A DNA stretch of 64,000 nucleotides from Eledone cirrhosa (lineage: Eukaryota), in contig CAXHJY010000096.1 of assembly GCA_964016885.1 (NCBI GenBank), forward strand, positions 1,674,001 to 1,738,000, written 5' to 3'. The position numbers were made by a program, and so were the translations under genes. Below, in pieces: positions 52,301 to 64,000 of this stretch. Each line of letters begins with the position of its first letter. Position 1 is the stretch's first letter. The notes under the pieces are model-generated. The model was given only the letters and a program-made list of their open reading frames with translations, had not been told where the DNA came from and did no database searches.

Positions 52301-55253
52301 AAAAAAAATCAGGGGGAGATAATTTGTAAAAAAAAATCAGGGGGAGATAATTTGTAAAAAAAATCAAGGGGAGATAATTTCCAGCCGTCCAAGGGGAGAT
52401 AATTTTCAGCCGTCCAAGGGGAGATAATTTCCCGCCAGCCAAGGGAAGATAATATTTAAAAAAATCAGGCGGAGATAATTTGTAAAAAAAATCAGGGGGA
52501 GATAATTTGTAAAAAAATCAGGGGGAGATAATTTGTAAAAAAAAAATCAGGGGGAGATAATTTGTAAAAAAAATCAGGGGGAGATAATTTGTAAAAAAAA
52601 ATCAGGGGTAGATGAATTGTAAAAAAAAATCAGGGGGAGATAATTTGTAAAAAAAATCAGGGGGAGATAATTTGTAAAAAAAATGAAAGGGGAGATAATA
52701 TCCAGCCGTCCAAGGGGAGATAATTTCCAGCCGTCCAAGGGGAGATAATTTCCAGCCGTCCAAGGGGAGATAATTTCCATCCTTCCAAGGGGATATAATT
52801 TCCAGCCGTCCAAGGGGAGATAATTTCCCGCCAGCCAAGGGAAGATAATATTTAAAAAAATTAGGCGGAGATAATTTGTAAAAAAAATCAGGGGGAGATA
52901 ATTTGTAAAAAATCAGGGGGAGATAATTTGTAAAAAAAATCAGGGGGAGATAATTTGTAAAAAAAATCATGGGGAGATAATTTGTAAAAAAAAATCAGGG
53001 GTAGATAATTTGTAAAAAAAAATCAGGGGGAGATAATTTGTAAAAAAAAATCAGGGGGAGATAATTTGTAAAAAAAATCAAGGGGAGATAATTTCCAGCC
53101 GTCCAAGGGGAGATAATTTTCAGCCGTCCAAGGAGAGGTAATTTCTAGCCGTCCAAGGGGAGATAATTTCCAGCCGTCCAAGGGGAGGTAATTTCCAGCC
53201 GTCCAAGGGGAGATAATTTTAAAAAAAAAATCAGGCGGAGATAATTTGTAAAAAAAATCAAGGGGAGATAATTTGCAGCCGTCCAAGGGGAGATAATTTT
53301 CAGTCGTCCAAGGAGAGGTAATTTCTAGCCGTCCAAGGGGAGATAATTGCCAGCCGTCCAAGGGGAGATAATTTCCAGCCGTCCAAGGGGAGATAATTTT
53401 TTTTAAAAAATCAGGCGGAGATAATTTGTAAAAAAAATCAGGGGGAGATAATTTGTAAACAAAATCAGGGGGAGATAATTTGTAAAAAAAAATCAGGGGT
53501 AGATAATTTGTAAAAAAAAATCAGGGGGAGATAATTTGTAAAAAAAAATCAGGGGGAGATAATTTGTAAAAAAAATCAAGGGGAGATAATTTCCAGCCGT
53601 CCAAGGGGAGATAATTTTCAGCCGTCCAAGGAGAGGTAATTTCTAGCCGTCCAAGGGGAGATAATTTCCAGCCGTCCAAGGGGAGGTAATTTCCAGCCGT
53701 CCAAGGGGAGATAATTTAAAAAAAAAAATCAGGCGGAGATAATTTGTAAAAAAAATCAAGGGGAGATAATTTGCAGCCGTCCAAGGGGAGATAATTTTCA
53801 GTCGTCCAAGGAGAGGTAATTTCTAGCCGTCCAAGGGGAGATAATTGCCAGCCGTCCAAGGGGAGATAATTTCCAGCCGTCCAAGGGGAGATAATTTTTT
53901 TTAAAAAATCAGGCGGAGATAATTTGTAAAAAAAATCAGGGGGAGATAATTTGTAAACAAAATCAGGGGGAGATAATTTGTAAAAAAAAATCAGGGGGAG
54001 ATAATTTGTAAAAAAAATCATGGAGAGATAATTTCCAGCCGTCCAAGGGGAGATAATTTCCAGCCTTCCAAGGAGACATATTTTCCAGCCGTCCAAGGCG
54101 AGGTAATTTCTAGCCGTCCAAGGGGAGATAAATTCCAGCCTCCAAGGGGAGATAATTTCCAGCCAGCCAAGTGGAGATAATTTGTAAAAAAATCAGGGGG
54201 AGATAATTTGTAAAAAATATCAGGGAGATAATTTGTAAAAAAAAATCAGGGGGAGATAATTTGTAAAAAAAATCAGGGGGAGATAATTTGTAAAAAAAAA
54301 TCAGGGGGAGATAATTTGTAAAAAAAATCAAGGGGAGATAATTTCCAGCCGTCCAAGGGGAGATAATTTTCAGCCGTCCAAGGGGAGATAATTTCCCGCC
54401 AGCCAAGGGAAGATAATATTTAAAAAAATCAGGCGGAGATAATTTGTAAAAAAAATCAGGGGGAGATAATTTGTAAAAAAATCAGGGGGAGATAATTTGT
54501 AAAAAAAAAATCAGGGGGAGATAATTTGTAAAAAAAATCAGGGGGAGATAATTTGTAAAAAAAAATCAGGGGTAGATAATTTGTAAACAAATATCAGGGG
54601 GAGATAATTTGTAAAAAAAAATCAGGGGGAGATAATTTGTAAAAAAAATGAAAGGGGAGATAATATCCAGCCGTCCAAGGGGAGATAATTTCCAGCCGTC
54701 CAAGGGGATATAATTTCCAGCCGTCCAAGGGGAGATAATTTCCATCCTTCCAAGGGGATATAATTTCCAGCCGTCCAAGGGGAGATAATTTCCCGCCAGC
54801 CAAGGGAAGATAATTTTTAAAAAAATCAGGCGGAGATTGTAAAAAAAATCAGGGGGGAGATAATTTGTAAAAAAATCAGGGGGAGATAATTTGTAAAAAA
54901 AAATCAGGGGGAGATAATTTGTAAAAAATAATCAGGGGGAGATAATTTGTAAAAAAAAATCAAGGGGAGATAATTTCCAGCCGTCCAAGGGGAGATAATT
55001 TCCCGCCAGCCAAGGGAAGATAATATTTAAAAAAATTAGGCGGAGATAATTTGTAAAAAAAATCAGGGGGAGATAATTTGTAAAAAAATCAGGGGGAGAT
55101 AATTTGTAAAAAAAATCAGGGGGAGATAATTTGTAAAAAAATTCATGGGGAGATAATTTGTAAAAAAAAATCAGGGGTAGATAATTTGTAAAAAAAAATC
55201 AGGGGGAGATAATTTGTAAAAAAAAATCAGGGGGAGATAATTTGTAAAAAAAA
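46366..55253 (+). repeat. 8.7 kb tandem duplication, copy 2 (8888 bp; 187 bp longer)
   Basis: Collinear with copy 1, with an extra segment at ~53870-54060 that is absent at ~45175. Confidence 0.93.
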
Positions 55254-56739
55254 TCAAGGGGAGATAATTTCCAGCCGTCCAAGGGGAGATAATTTTCAGC
55301 CGTCCAAGGAGAGGTAATTTCTAGCCGTCCAAGGGGAGATAATTTCCAGCCGTCCAAGGGGAGGTAATTTCCAGCCGTCCAAGGGGAGATAATTTAAAAA
55401 AAAAAATCAGGCGGAGATAATTTGTAAAAAAAATCAAGGGGAGATAATTTGCAGCCGTCCAAGGGGAGATAATTTTCAGTCGTCCAAGGAGAGGTAATTT
55501 CTAGCCGTCCAAGGGGAGATAATTTGCAGCCGTCCAAGGGGAGATAATTTTTTTTAAAAAATCAGGCGGAGATAATTTGTAAAAAAAATCAGGGGGAGAT
55601 AATTTGTAAACAAAATCAGGGGTAGATAATTTGTAAAAAAAAATCAGGGGGGAGATAATTTGTAAAAAAAATCAAGGGGAGATAATTTCCAGCCGTCCAA
55701 GGGAAGATAATTTCCAGCCCTCCAAGGGGCTATAATTTCCAGCGTCCAAGGGGAGATAATTTCCAGCCAGCGAAGGGGAGATAATTTTTTAAAAAAAATC
55801 ATTGGGAGATTTGTAAAAAAAATCAGGGGGAGATAATTTGTAAAAAAAATCAAGGGGAGATAATTTCCAGCCGTCCAAGGGGAGGTAATATCTAGCCGTC
55901 CAAGGGTAGATAATTTCCAGCCGTCCAACGGGAGATAATTTCCAGCCGTCCAAGGGTAGATAATATCCAGCCGCCCAAGGACATATTTTCCAGCCGTCCA
56001 AGGAGAGGTAATTTCTAGCCGTCCAAGGGGAGATAATTTCCAGCCGTCCAAGGGTAGATAATATCCAGCCGTCCAAGGACATATTTTCCAGCCGTCCAAG
56101 GAGAGGTAATTTCTAGCCGTCCAAGGGGAGATAAATTCCAGCCTCCAAGGGGAGATAATTTCCAGCCAGCCAAGGGGAGATAATTTGTAAAAAAATCAGG
56201 GGGAGATAATTTGTAAAAAAAATCAGGGGGAGATAATTTGTAAAAAAAAATCAGGGGGAGATAATTTGTAAAAAAAAATCAGGGGGAGATAATTTGCAAA
56301 AAAAATCAGGGGGAGATAATTTGTAAAAAAAAATCAGGGGTAGATAATTTGTAAAAAAAAATCAGGGGGAGATAATTTGTAAAAAAAAATCAGGGGGAGA
56401 TAATTTGTAAAAAAAATCAAGGGGAGATAATTTCCAGCCGTCCAAGGAGAGATAATTTTAAAAAAAATCAGGCGGAGATAATTTGTAAAAAAAAATCAGG
56501 GGGAGATAATTTGTAAAAAAAAATCAGGGGGAGATAATTTGTAAAAAAAAATCAGGGGGAGATAATTTGTAAAAAAAATCAGGAGGAGATAATTTGTAAA
56601 AAAAATCAAGGGGAGATAATTTCCAGCCGTCCAAGGAGAGATAATTTAAAAAAAAATCAGGCGGAGATAATTTGTAAAAAAAAATCAGGGGGAGATAATT
56701 TGTAAAAAAAAATCAGGGGGAGATAATTTGTAAAAAAAA

Positions 56740-59700
56740 TCAAGGGGAGATAATTTCCAGCCGTCCAAGGGGAGATAATTTTCAGCCGTCCAAGGGGAGA
56801 TAATTTCCCGCCAGCCAAGGGAAGATAATATTCAAAAAAATCAGACGGAGATAATTTGTAAAAAAAATCAGGGGGAGATAATTTGTAAAAAAATCAGGGG
56901 GAGATAATTTGTAAAAAAAAAAATCAGGGGGAGATAATTTTTAAAAAAAATCAGGGGGAGATAATTTGTAAAAAAAAATCAGGGGTAGATAATTTGTAAA
57001 AAAAAATCAGGGGGAGATAATTTGTAAAAAAAAATCAGGGGGAGATAACTTGTAAAAAAAATGAAAGGGGAGATAATATCCAGCCGTCCAAGGGGAGATA
57101 ATTTCCAGCCGTCCAAGGGGAGATAATTTCCAGCCGTCCAAGGGGAGATAATTTCCATCCTTCCAAGGGGATATAATTTCCAGCCGTCCAAGGGGAGATA
57201 ATTTCCATCCTTCCAAGGGGATATAATTTCCAGCCGTCCAAGGGGAGATAATTTTCAGCCGTCCAAGGAGAGGTAATTTCTAGCCGTCCAAGGAGAGATA
57301 ATTTCCAGCCGTCCAAGGGGAGATAATTTCCAGCCGTCCAAGGGGAGATAATTTCCAGCCGTCCAAGGAGACATATTTTCCAGCCGTCCAAGGAGAGGTA
57401 ATTCCTAGCCGTCCAAGGGGAGATAAATTCCAGCCTCCAAGGGGAGATAATTTCCAGCCAGCCAAGGGGAGATAATTTGTAAAAAAAATCAGGGGGAGAT
57501 AATTTGTAAAAAAAATCAGGGGGAGATAATTTGTAAAAAAAAATCAGGGGTAGATAATTTGTAAAAAATAATCAGGGGGAGATAATTTGTAAAAAAAATC
57601 AAGGGGAGATAATTTCCAGCCGTCCAAGGGGAGATAATTTTCAGCCGTCCAAGGGGAGATAATTTCCCGCCAGCCAAGGGAAGATAATATTTAAAAAAAT
57701 TAGGCGGAGATAATTTGTAAAAAAAATCAGGGGGAGATAATTTGTAAAAAAATCAGGGGGAGATAATTTGTAAAAAAAATCAGGGGGAGATAATTTGTAA
57801 AAAAAATCAGGGGGAGATAATTTGTAAAAAAAAATCAGGGGGAGATAATTTGTAAAAAAAATCAAGGGGAGATAATTTCCAGCCGTCCAAGGGAAGATAA
57901 TTTCCAGCCCTCCAAGGGGCTATAATTTCCAGCGTCCAAGGGGAGATAATTTCCAGCCAGCGAAGGGGAGATAATTTTTTTTAAAAAATCATTGGGAGAT
58001 TTGTAAAAAAAATCAGGGGGAGATAATTTGTAAAAAAAATCAAGGGGAGATAATTTCCAGCCGTCCAAGGGTAGATAATATCCAGCCGTCCAAGGACATA
58101 TTTTCCAGCCGTCCAAGGAGAGGTAATTTCTAGCCGTCCAAGGGGAGATAAATTCCAGCCTCCAAGGTGAGATAATTTCCAGCCAGCCAAGGGGAGATAA
58201 TTTGTAAAAAAATCAGGGGGAGATAATTTGTAAAAAAAATCAGGGGGAGATAATTTGTAAAAAAAAATCAGGGGGAGATAATTTGTAAAAAAAATCAGGG
58301 GGAGATAATTTGTAAAAAAAATTAAGGGGAGATAATTTCCAGCCGTCCAAGGGGAGATAATTTCCCGCCAGCCAAGGGAAGATAATATTTAAAAAAATCA
58401 GGCGGAGATAATTTGTAAAAAAAATCAGGGGGAGATAATTTGTAAAAAAATCAGGGGGAGATAATTTGTAAAAAAAAAATCAGGGGGAGATAATTTGTAA
58501 AAAAAATCAGGGGGAGATAATTTGTAAAAAAAAATCAGGGGTAGATAAATTGTAAAAAAAAATCAGGGGGAGATAATTTGTAAAAAAAATCAGAGGGAGA
58601 TAATTTGTAAAAAAAATGAAAGGGGAGATAATATCCAGCCGTCCAAGGGGAGATAATTTCCAGCCGTCCAAGGGGAGATAATTTCCAGCCGTCCAAGGGG
58701 AGATAATTTCCATCCTTCCAAGGGGATATAATTTCCAGCCGTCCAAGGGGAGATAATTTCCCGCCAGCCAAGGGAAGATAATTTTTAAAAAAATCAGGCG
58801 GAGATTGTAAAAAAAATCAGGGGGGAGATAATTTGTAAAAAAATCAGGGGGAGATAATTTGTAAAAAAAAATCAGGGGGAGATAATTTGTAAAAAATAAT
58901 CAGGGGGAGATAATTTGTAAAAAAAAATCAAGGGGAGATAATTTCCAGCCGTCCAAGGGGAGGTAATATCTAGCCGTCCAAGGGGAGATAATTTCCAGCC
59001 GTCCAACGGGAGATAATTTCCAGCCGTCCATGGGTAGATAATATCCAGCCGCCCAAGGACATATTTTCCAGCCGTCCAAGGAGAGGTAATTTCTAGCCGT
59101 CCAAGGGGAGATAATTACAGCCGTCCAAGGGTAGATAATATCCAGCCGTCCAAGGACATATTTTCCAGCCGTCCAAGGAGAGGTAATTTCTAGCCGTCCA
59201 AGGGGAGATAAATTCCAGCCTCCAAGGGGAGATAATTTCCAGCCAGCCAAGGGGAGATAATTTGTAAAAAAATCAGGGGGAGATAATTTGTAAAAAAAAT
59301 CAGGGGGAGATAATTTGTAAAAAAAAATCAGGGGGAGATAATTTGTAAAAAAAAATCAGGGGGAGATAATTTGCAAAAAAAATCAGGGGGAGATAATTTG
59401 TAAAAAAAAATCAGGGGTAGATAATTTGTAAAAAAAAATCAGGGGGAGATAATTTGTAAAAAAAAATCAGGGGGAGATAATTTGTAAAAAAAATCAAGGG
59501 GAGATAATTTCCAGCCGTCCAAGGGAAGATAATTTCCAGCCCTCCAAGGGGCTATAATTTCCAGCGTCCAAGGGGAGATAATTTCCAGCCAGCGAAGGGG
59601 AGATAATTTTTTTTAAAAAATCATTGGGAGATTTGTAAAAAAAATCAGGGGGAGATAATTTGTAAAAAAAATCAAGGGGAGATAATTTCCAGCCGTCCAA

Positions 59701-60533
59701 GGGGAGGTAATATCTAGCCGTCCAAGGGGAGATAATTTCCAGCCGTCCAACGGGAGATAATTTCCAGCCGTCCATGGGTAGATAATATCCAGCCGCCCAA
59801 GGACATATTTTCCAGCCGTCCAAGGAGAGGTAATTTCTAGCCGTCCAAGGGGAGATAATTTCCAGCCGTCCAAGGGTAGATAATATCCAGCCGTCCAAGG
59901 ACATATTTTCCAGCCGTCCAAGGAGAGGTAATTTCTAGCCGTCCAAGGGGAGATAAATTCCAGCCTCCAAGGGGAGATAATTTCCAGCCAGCCAAGGGGA
60001 GATAATTTGTAAAAAAATCAGGGGGAGATAATTTGTAAAAAAAATCAGGGGGAGATAATTTGTAAAAAAAAATCAGGGGGAGATAATTTGTAAAAAAAAA
60101 TCAGGGGGAGAAAATTTGCAAAAAAAATCAGGGGGAGATAATTTGTAAAAAAAAATCAGGGGTAGATAATTTGTAAAAAAAAATCAGGGGGAGATAATTT
60201 GTAAAAAAAAATCAGGGGGAGATAATTTGTAAAAAAAATCAAGGGGAGATAATTTCCAGCCGTCCAAGGAGAGATAATTTAAAAAAAAATCAGGCGGAGA
60301 TAATTTGTAAAAAAAAATCAGGGGGAGATAATTTGTAAAAAAAATCAGGGGGAGATAATTTGTAAAAAAAAATCAGGGGTAGATAATTTGTAAAAAAAAA
60401 TCAGGGGGAGATAATTTGTAAAAAAAAATCAGGGGGAGATAATTTGTAAAAAAAATGAAGGGGAGATAATTTCCAGCCGTCCAAGGAGAGATAATTTAAA
60501 AAAAAATCAGGGGGAGATAATTTGTAAAAAAAA
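56740..60533 (+). repeat. ~3.8 kb tandem higher-order repeat, copy 1
   Basis: ORF offsets 3794 (56979 to 60773) then 3869 (58507 to 62376). Shared variants include GATAACTTG, ATTAAGGGG and TCAGAGGGAG. Confidence 0.92.
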
Positions 60534-63500
60534 TCAAGGGGAGATAATTTCCAGCCGTCCAAGGGGAGATAATTTTCAGCCGTCCAAGGGGAGATAATTT
60601 CCCGCCAGCCAAGGGAAGATAATATTCAAAAAAATCAGGCGGAGATAATTTGTAAAAAAAATCAGGGGGAGATAATTTGTAAAAAAATCAGGGGGAGATA
60701 ATTTGTAAAAAAAAAAATCAGGGGGAGATAATTTTTAAAAAAAATCAGGGGGAGATAATTTGTAAAAAAAAATCAGGGGTAGATAATTTGTAAAAAAAAA
60801 TCAGGGGGAGATAATTTGTAAAAAAAAATCAGGGGGAGATAACTTGTAAAAAAAATGAAAGGGGAGATAATATCCAGCCGTCCAAGGGGAGATAATTTCC
60901 AGCCGTCCAAGGGGAGATAATTTCCAGCCGTCCAAGGGGAGATAATTTCCATCCTTCCAAGGGGATATAATTTCCAGCCGTCCAAGGGGAGATAATTTCC
61001 ATCCTTCCAAGGGGATATAATTTCCAGCCGTCCAAGGGGAGATAATTTTCAGCCGTCCAAGGAGAGGTAATTTCTAGCCGTCCAAGGAGAGATAATTTCC
61101 AGCCGTCCAAGGGGAGATAATTTCCAGCCGTCCAAGGGGAGATAATTTCCAGCCGTCCAAGGAGACATATTTTCCAGCCGTCCAAGGAGAGGTAATTACT
61201 AGCCGTCCAAGGGGAGATAAATTCCAGCCTCCAAGGGGAGATAATTTCCAGCCAGCCAAGGGGAGATAATTTGTAAAAAAAATCAGGGGGAGATAATTTG
61301 TAAAAAAAATCAGGGGGAGATAATTTGTAAAAAAAAATCAGGGGTAGATAATTTGTAAAAAATAATCAGGGGGAGATAATTTGTAAAAAAAATCAAGGGG
61401 AGATAATTTCCAGCCGTCCAAGGGGAGATAATTTTCAGCCGTCCAAGGGGAGATAATTTCCCGCCAGCCAAGGGAAGATAATATTTAAAAAAATTAGGCG
61501 GAGATAATTTGTAAAAAAAATCAGGGGGAGATAATTTGTAAAAAAATCAGGGGGAGATAATTTGTAAAAAAAATCAGGGGGAGATAATTTGTAAAAAAAA
61601 TCAGGGGGAGATAATTTGTAAAAAAAAATCAGGGGGAGATAATTTGTAAAAAAAATCAAGGGGAGATAATTTCCAGCCGTCCAAGGGAAGATAATTTCCA
61701 GCCCTCCAAGGGGCTATAATTTCCAGCGTCCAAGGGGAGATAATTTCCAGCCAGCGAAGGGGAGATAATTTTTTTTAAAAAATCATTGGGAGATTTGTAA
61801 AAAAAATCAGGGGGAGATAATTTGTAAAAAAAATCAAGGGGAGATAATTTCCAGCCGTCCAAGGGGAGGTAATATCTAGCCGTCCAAGGGGAGATAATTT
61901 CCAGCCGTCCAAGGGGAGATAATTTCCAGCCGTCCAAGGGTAGATAATATCCAGCCGTCCAAGGACATATTTTCCAGCCGTCCAAGGAGAGGTAATTTCT
62001 AGCCGTCCAAGGGGAGATAAATTCCAGCCTCCAAGGTGAGATAATTTCCAGCCAGCCAAGGGGAGATAATTTGTAAAAAAATCAGGGGGAGATAATTTGT
62101 AAAAAAAATCAGGGGGAGATAATTTGTAAAAAAAAATCAGGGGGAGATAATTTGTAAAAAAAATCAGGGGGAGATAATTTGTAAAAAAAATTAAGGGGAG
62201 ATAATTTCCAGCCGTCCAAGGGGAGATAATTTCCCGCCAGCCAAGGGAAGATAATATTTAAAAAAATCAGGCGGAGATAATTTGTAAAAAAAATCAGGGG
62301 GAGATAATTTGTAAAAAAATCAGGGGGAGATAATTTGTAAAAAAAAAATCAGGGGGAGATAATTTGTAAAAAAAATCAGGGGGAGATAATTTGTAAAAAA
62401 AAATCAGGGGTAGATAAATTGTAAAAAAAAATCAGGGGGAGATAATTTGTAAAAAAAATCAGAGGGAGATAATTTGTAAAAAAAATGAAAGGGGAGATAA
62501 TATCCAGCCGTCCAAGGGGAGATAATTTCCAGCCGTCCAAGGGGAGATAATTTCCAGCCGTCCAAGGGGAGATAATTTCCATCCTTCCAAGGGGATATAA
62601 TTTCCAGCCGTCCAAGGGGAGATAATTTCCCGCCAGCCAAGGGAAGATAATTTTTAAAAAAATCAGGCGGAGATTGTAAAAAAAATCAGGGGGGAGATAA
62701 TTTGTAAAAAAATCAGGGGGAGATAATTTGTAAAAAAAAATCAGGGGGAGATAATTTGTAAAAAATACTCAGGGGGAGATAATTTGTAAAAAAAAATCAA
62801 GGGGAGATAATTTCCAGCCGTCCAAGGGGAGGTAATATCTAGCCGTCCAAGGGGAGATAATTTCCAGCCGTCCAACGGGAGATAATTTCCAGCCGTCCAT
62901 GGGTAGATAATATCCAGCCGCCCAAGGACATATTTTCCAGCCGTCCAAGGAGAGGTAATTTCTAGCCGTCCAAGGGGAGATAATTACAGCCGTCCAAGGG
63001 TAGATAATATCCAGCCGTCCAAGGACATATTTTCCAGCCGTCCAAGGAGAGGTAATTTCTAGCCGTCCAAGGGGAGATAAATTCCAGCCTCCAAGGGGAG
63101 ATAATTTCCAGCCAGCCAAGGGGAGATAATTTGTAAAAAAATCAGGGGGAGATAATTTGTAAAAAAAATCAGGGGGAGATAATTTGTAAAAAAAAATCAG
63201 GGGGAGATAATTTGTAAAAAAAAATCAGGGGGAGATAATTTGCAAAAAAAATCAGGGGGAGATAATTTGTAAAAAAAAATCAGGGGTAGATAATTTGTAA
63301 AAAAAAATCAGGGGGAGATAATTTGTAAAAAAAAATCAGGGGGAGATAATTTGTAAAAAAAATCAAGGGGAGATAATTTCCAGCCGTCCAAGGGAAGATA
63401 ATTTCCAGCCCTCCAAGGGGCTATAATTTCCAGCGTCCAAGGGGAGATAATTTCCAGCCAGCGAAGGGGAGATAATTTTTTTTAAAAAATCATTGGGAGA

Positions 63501-64000
63501 TTTGTAAAAAAAATCAGGGGGAGATAATTTGTAAAAAAAATCAAGGGGAGATAATTTCCAGCCGTCCAAGGGGAGGTAATATCTAGCCGTCCAAGGGGAG
63601 ATAATTTCCAGCCGTCCAACGGGAGATAATTTCCAGCCGTCCATGGGTAGATAATATCCAGCCGCCCAAGGACATATTTTCCAGCCGTCCAAGGAGAGGT
63701 AATTTCTAGCCGTCCAAGGGGAGATAATTTCCAGCCGTCCAAGGGTAGATAATATCCAGCCGTCCAAGGACATATTTTCCAGCCGTCCAAGGAGAGGTAA
63801 TTTCTAGCCGTCCAAGGGGAGATAAATTCCAGCCTCCAAGGGGAGATAATTTCCAGCCAGCCAAGGGGAGATAATTTGTAAAAAAATCAGGGGGAGATAA
63901 TTTGTAAAAAAAATCAGGGGGAGATAATTTGTAAAAAAAAATCAGGGGGAGATAATTTGTAAAAAAAAATCAGGGGGAGAAAATTTGCAAAAAAAATCAG
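60534..64000 (+). repeat. ~3.8 kb tandem higher-order repeat, copy 2 (truncated by window end)
   Basis: Collinear with 56740 onward and retains three B monomers (75 bp) missing near 58060. Confidence 0.92.

Larger units (their letters stand above)
1..64000 (+). repeat. Composite two-monomer satellite array (25 bp B and 26-30 bp A monomers sharing core GGGGAGATAATTT), running off both window ends
   Basis: The core GGGGAGATAATTT or a 1-3 base variant recurs every ~22-30 bp from first to last line, always in the same orientation. It is followed either by GT-A(n)-TCA or by CCAGCCGTCCAA. No intervening unique DNA was seen. Confidence 0.99.

Noticed and set aside
633-63790. The many minus-strand ORFs of 61-230 aa as protein-coding genes
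   Set aside because: They overlap in all three frames with the same peptide words, start mostly at TTG within the repeat, and are broken by A-run length changes. There is no sign of frame preservation or a recognisable domain. They follow from the stop-free repeat consensus.
1-64000. CRISPR array (constant repeat plus spacers)
   Set aside because: The constant part is only 13 bp and the 'spacers' are 12-17 bp of just two kinds rather than unique. No leader or cas genes are present.
1-64000. Telomerase-synthesised telomeric repeat (e.g. long 25-bp yeast-type units)
   Set aside because: Two monomer types with inherited point variants and kb-scale higher-order duplications indicate recombinational amplification, not templated addition. 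It matches no telomere motif I recognise.
1-64000. Plasmid or viral iteron origin, or Borg-type tandem repeats
   Set aside because: Such arrays are typically well under a few kb and sit beside genes. Here 64 kb is gene-free with hierarchical HOR structure.
1-64000. Sequencing artefact (adapter/primer concatemer or rolling-circle product)
   Set aside because: Ordered, heritable variants and nested duplications with consistent chronology are not expected from concatemers, and no adapter sequence is recognisable. Local misassembly of individual duplications remains possible.

Overview
The whole 64 kb window is one uninterrupted, head-to-tail tandem-repeat (satellite) array. I see no unique sequence, inversion, transposon, RNA gene or credible protein-coding gene. 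It is built from two short monomers that share a 13-bp core, GGGGAGATAATTT. Type A is TCAG-GGGGAGATAATTT-GT-A(7-11), 26-30 bp and about 30% GC. Type B is CCAGCCGTCCAA-GGGGAGATAATTT, 25 bp and 52% GC. Roughly 2,400-2,500 monomers (64 kb / ~26 bp) are arranged as alternating A-runs and B-runs joined by a small stereotyped set of junction monomers. These form recognisable modules, a ~1.9 kb/~3.8 kb higher-order unit, and nested duplications with periods of about 0.5, 0.74, 1.2, 2.9, 3.8, 8.7 and 17-18 kb. Hybrid monomers show that rearrangements break inside the shared core. All ORFs in the track are explained by the repeat consensus lacking stop codons on the minus strand. The architecture resembles eukaryotic centromeric, pericentromeric or subtelomeric satellite, but I do not recognise the family or organism, and function cannot be read from sequence. 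Block boundaries were placed by eye and from ORF-track offsets, so they are approximate (about one monomer).
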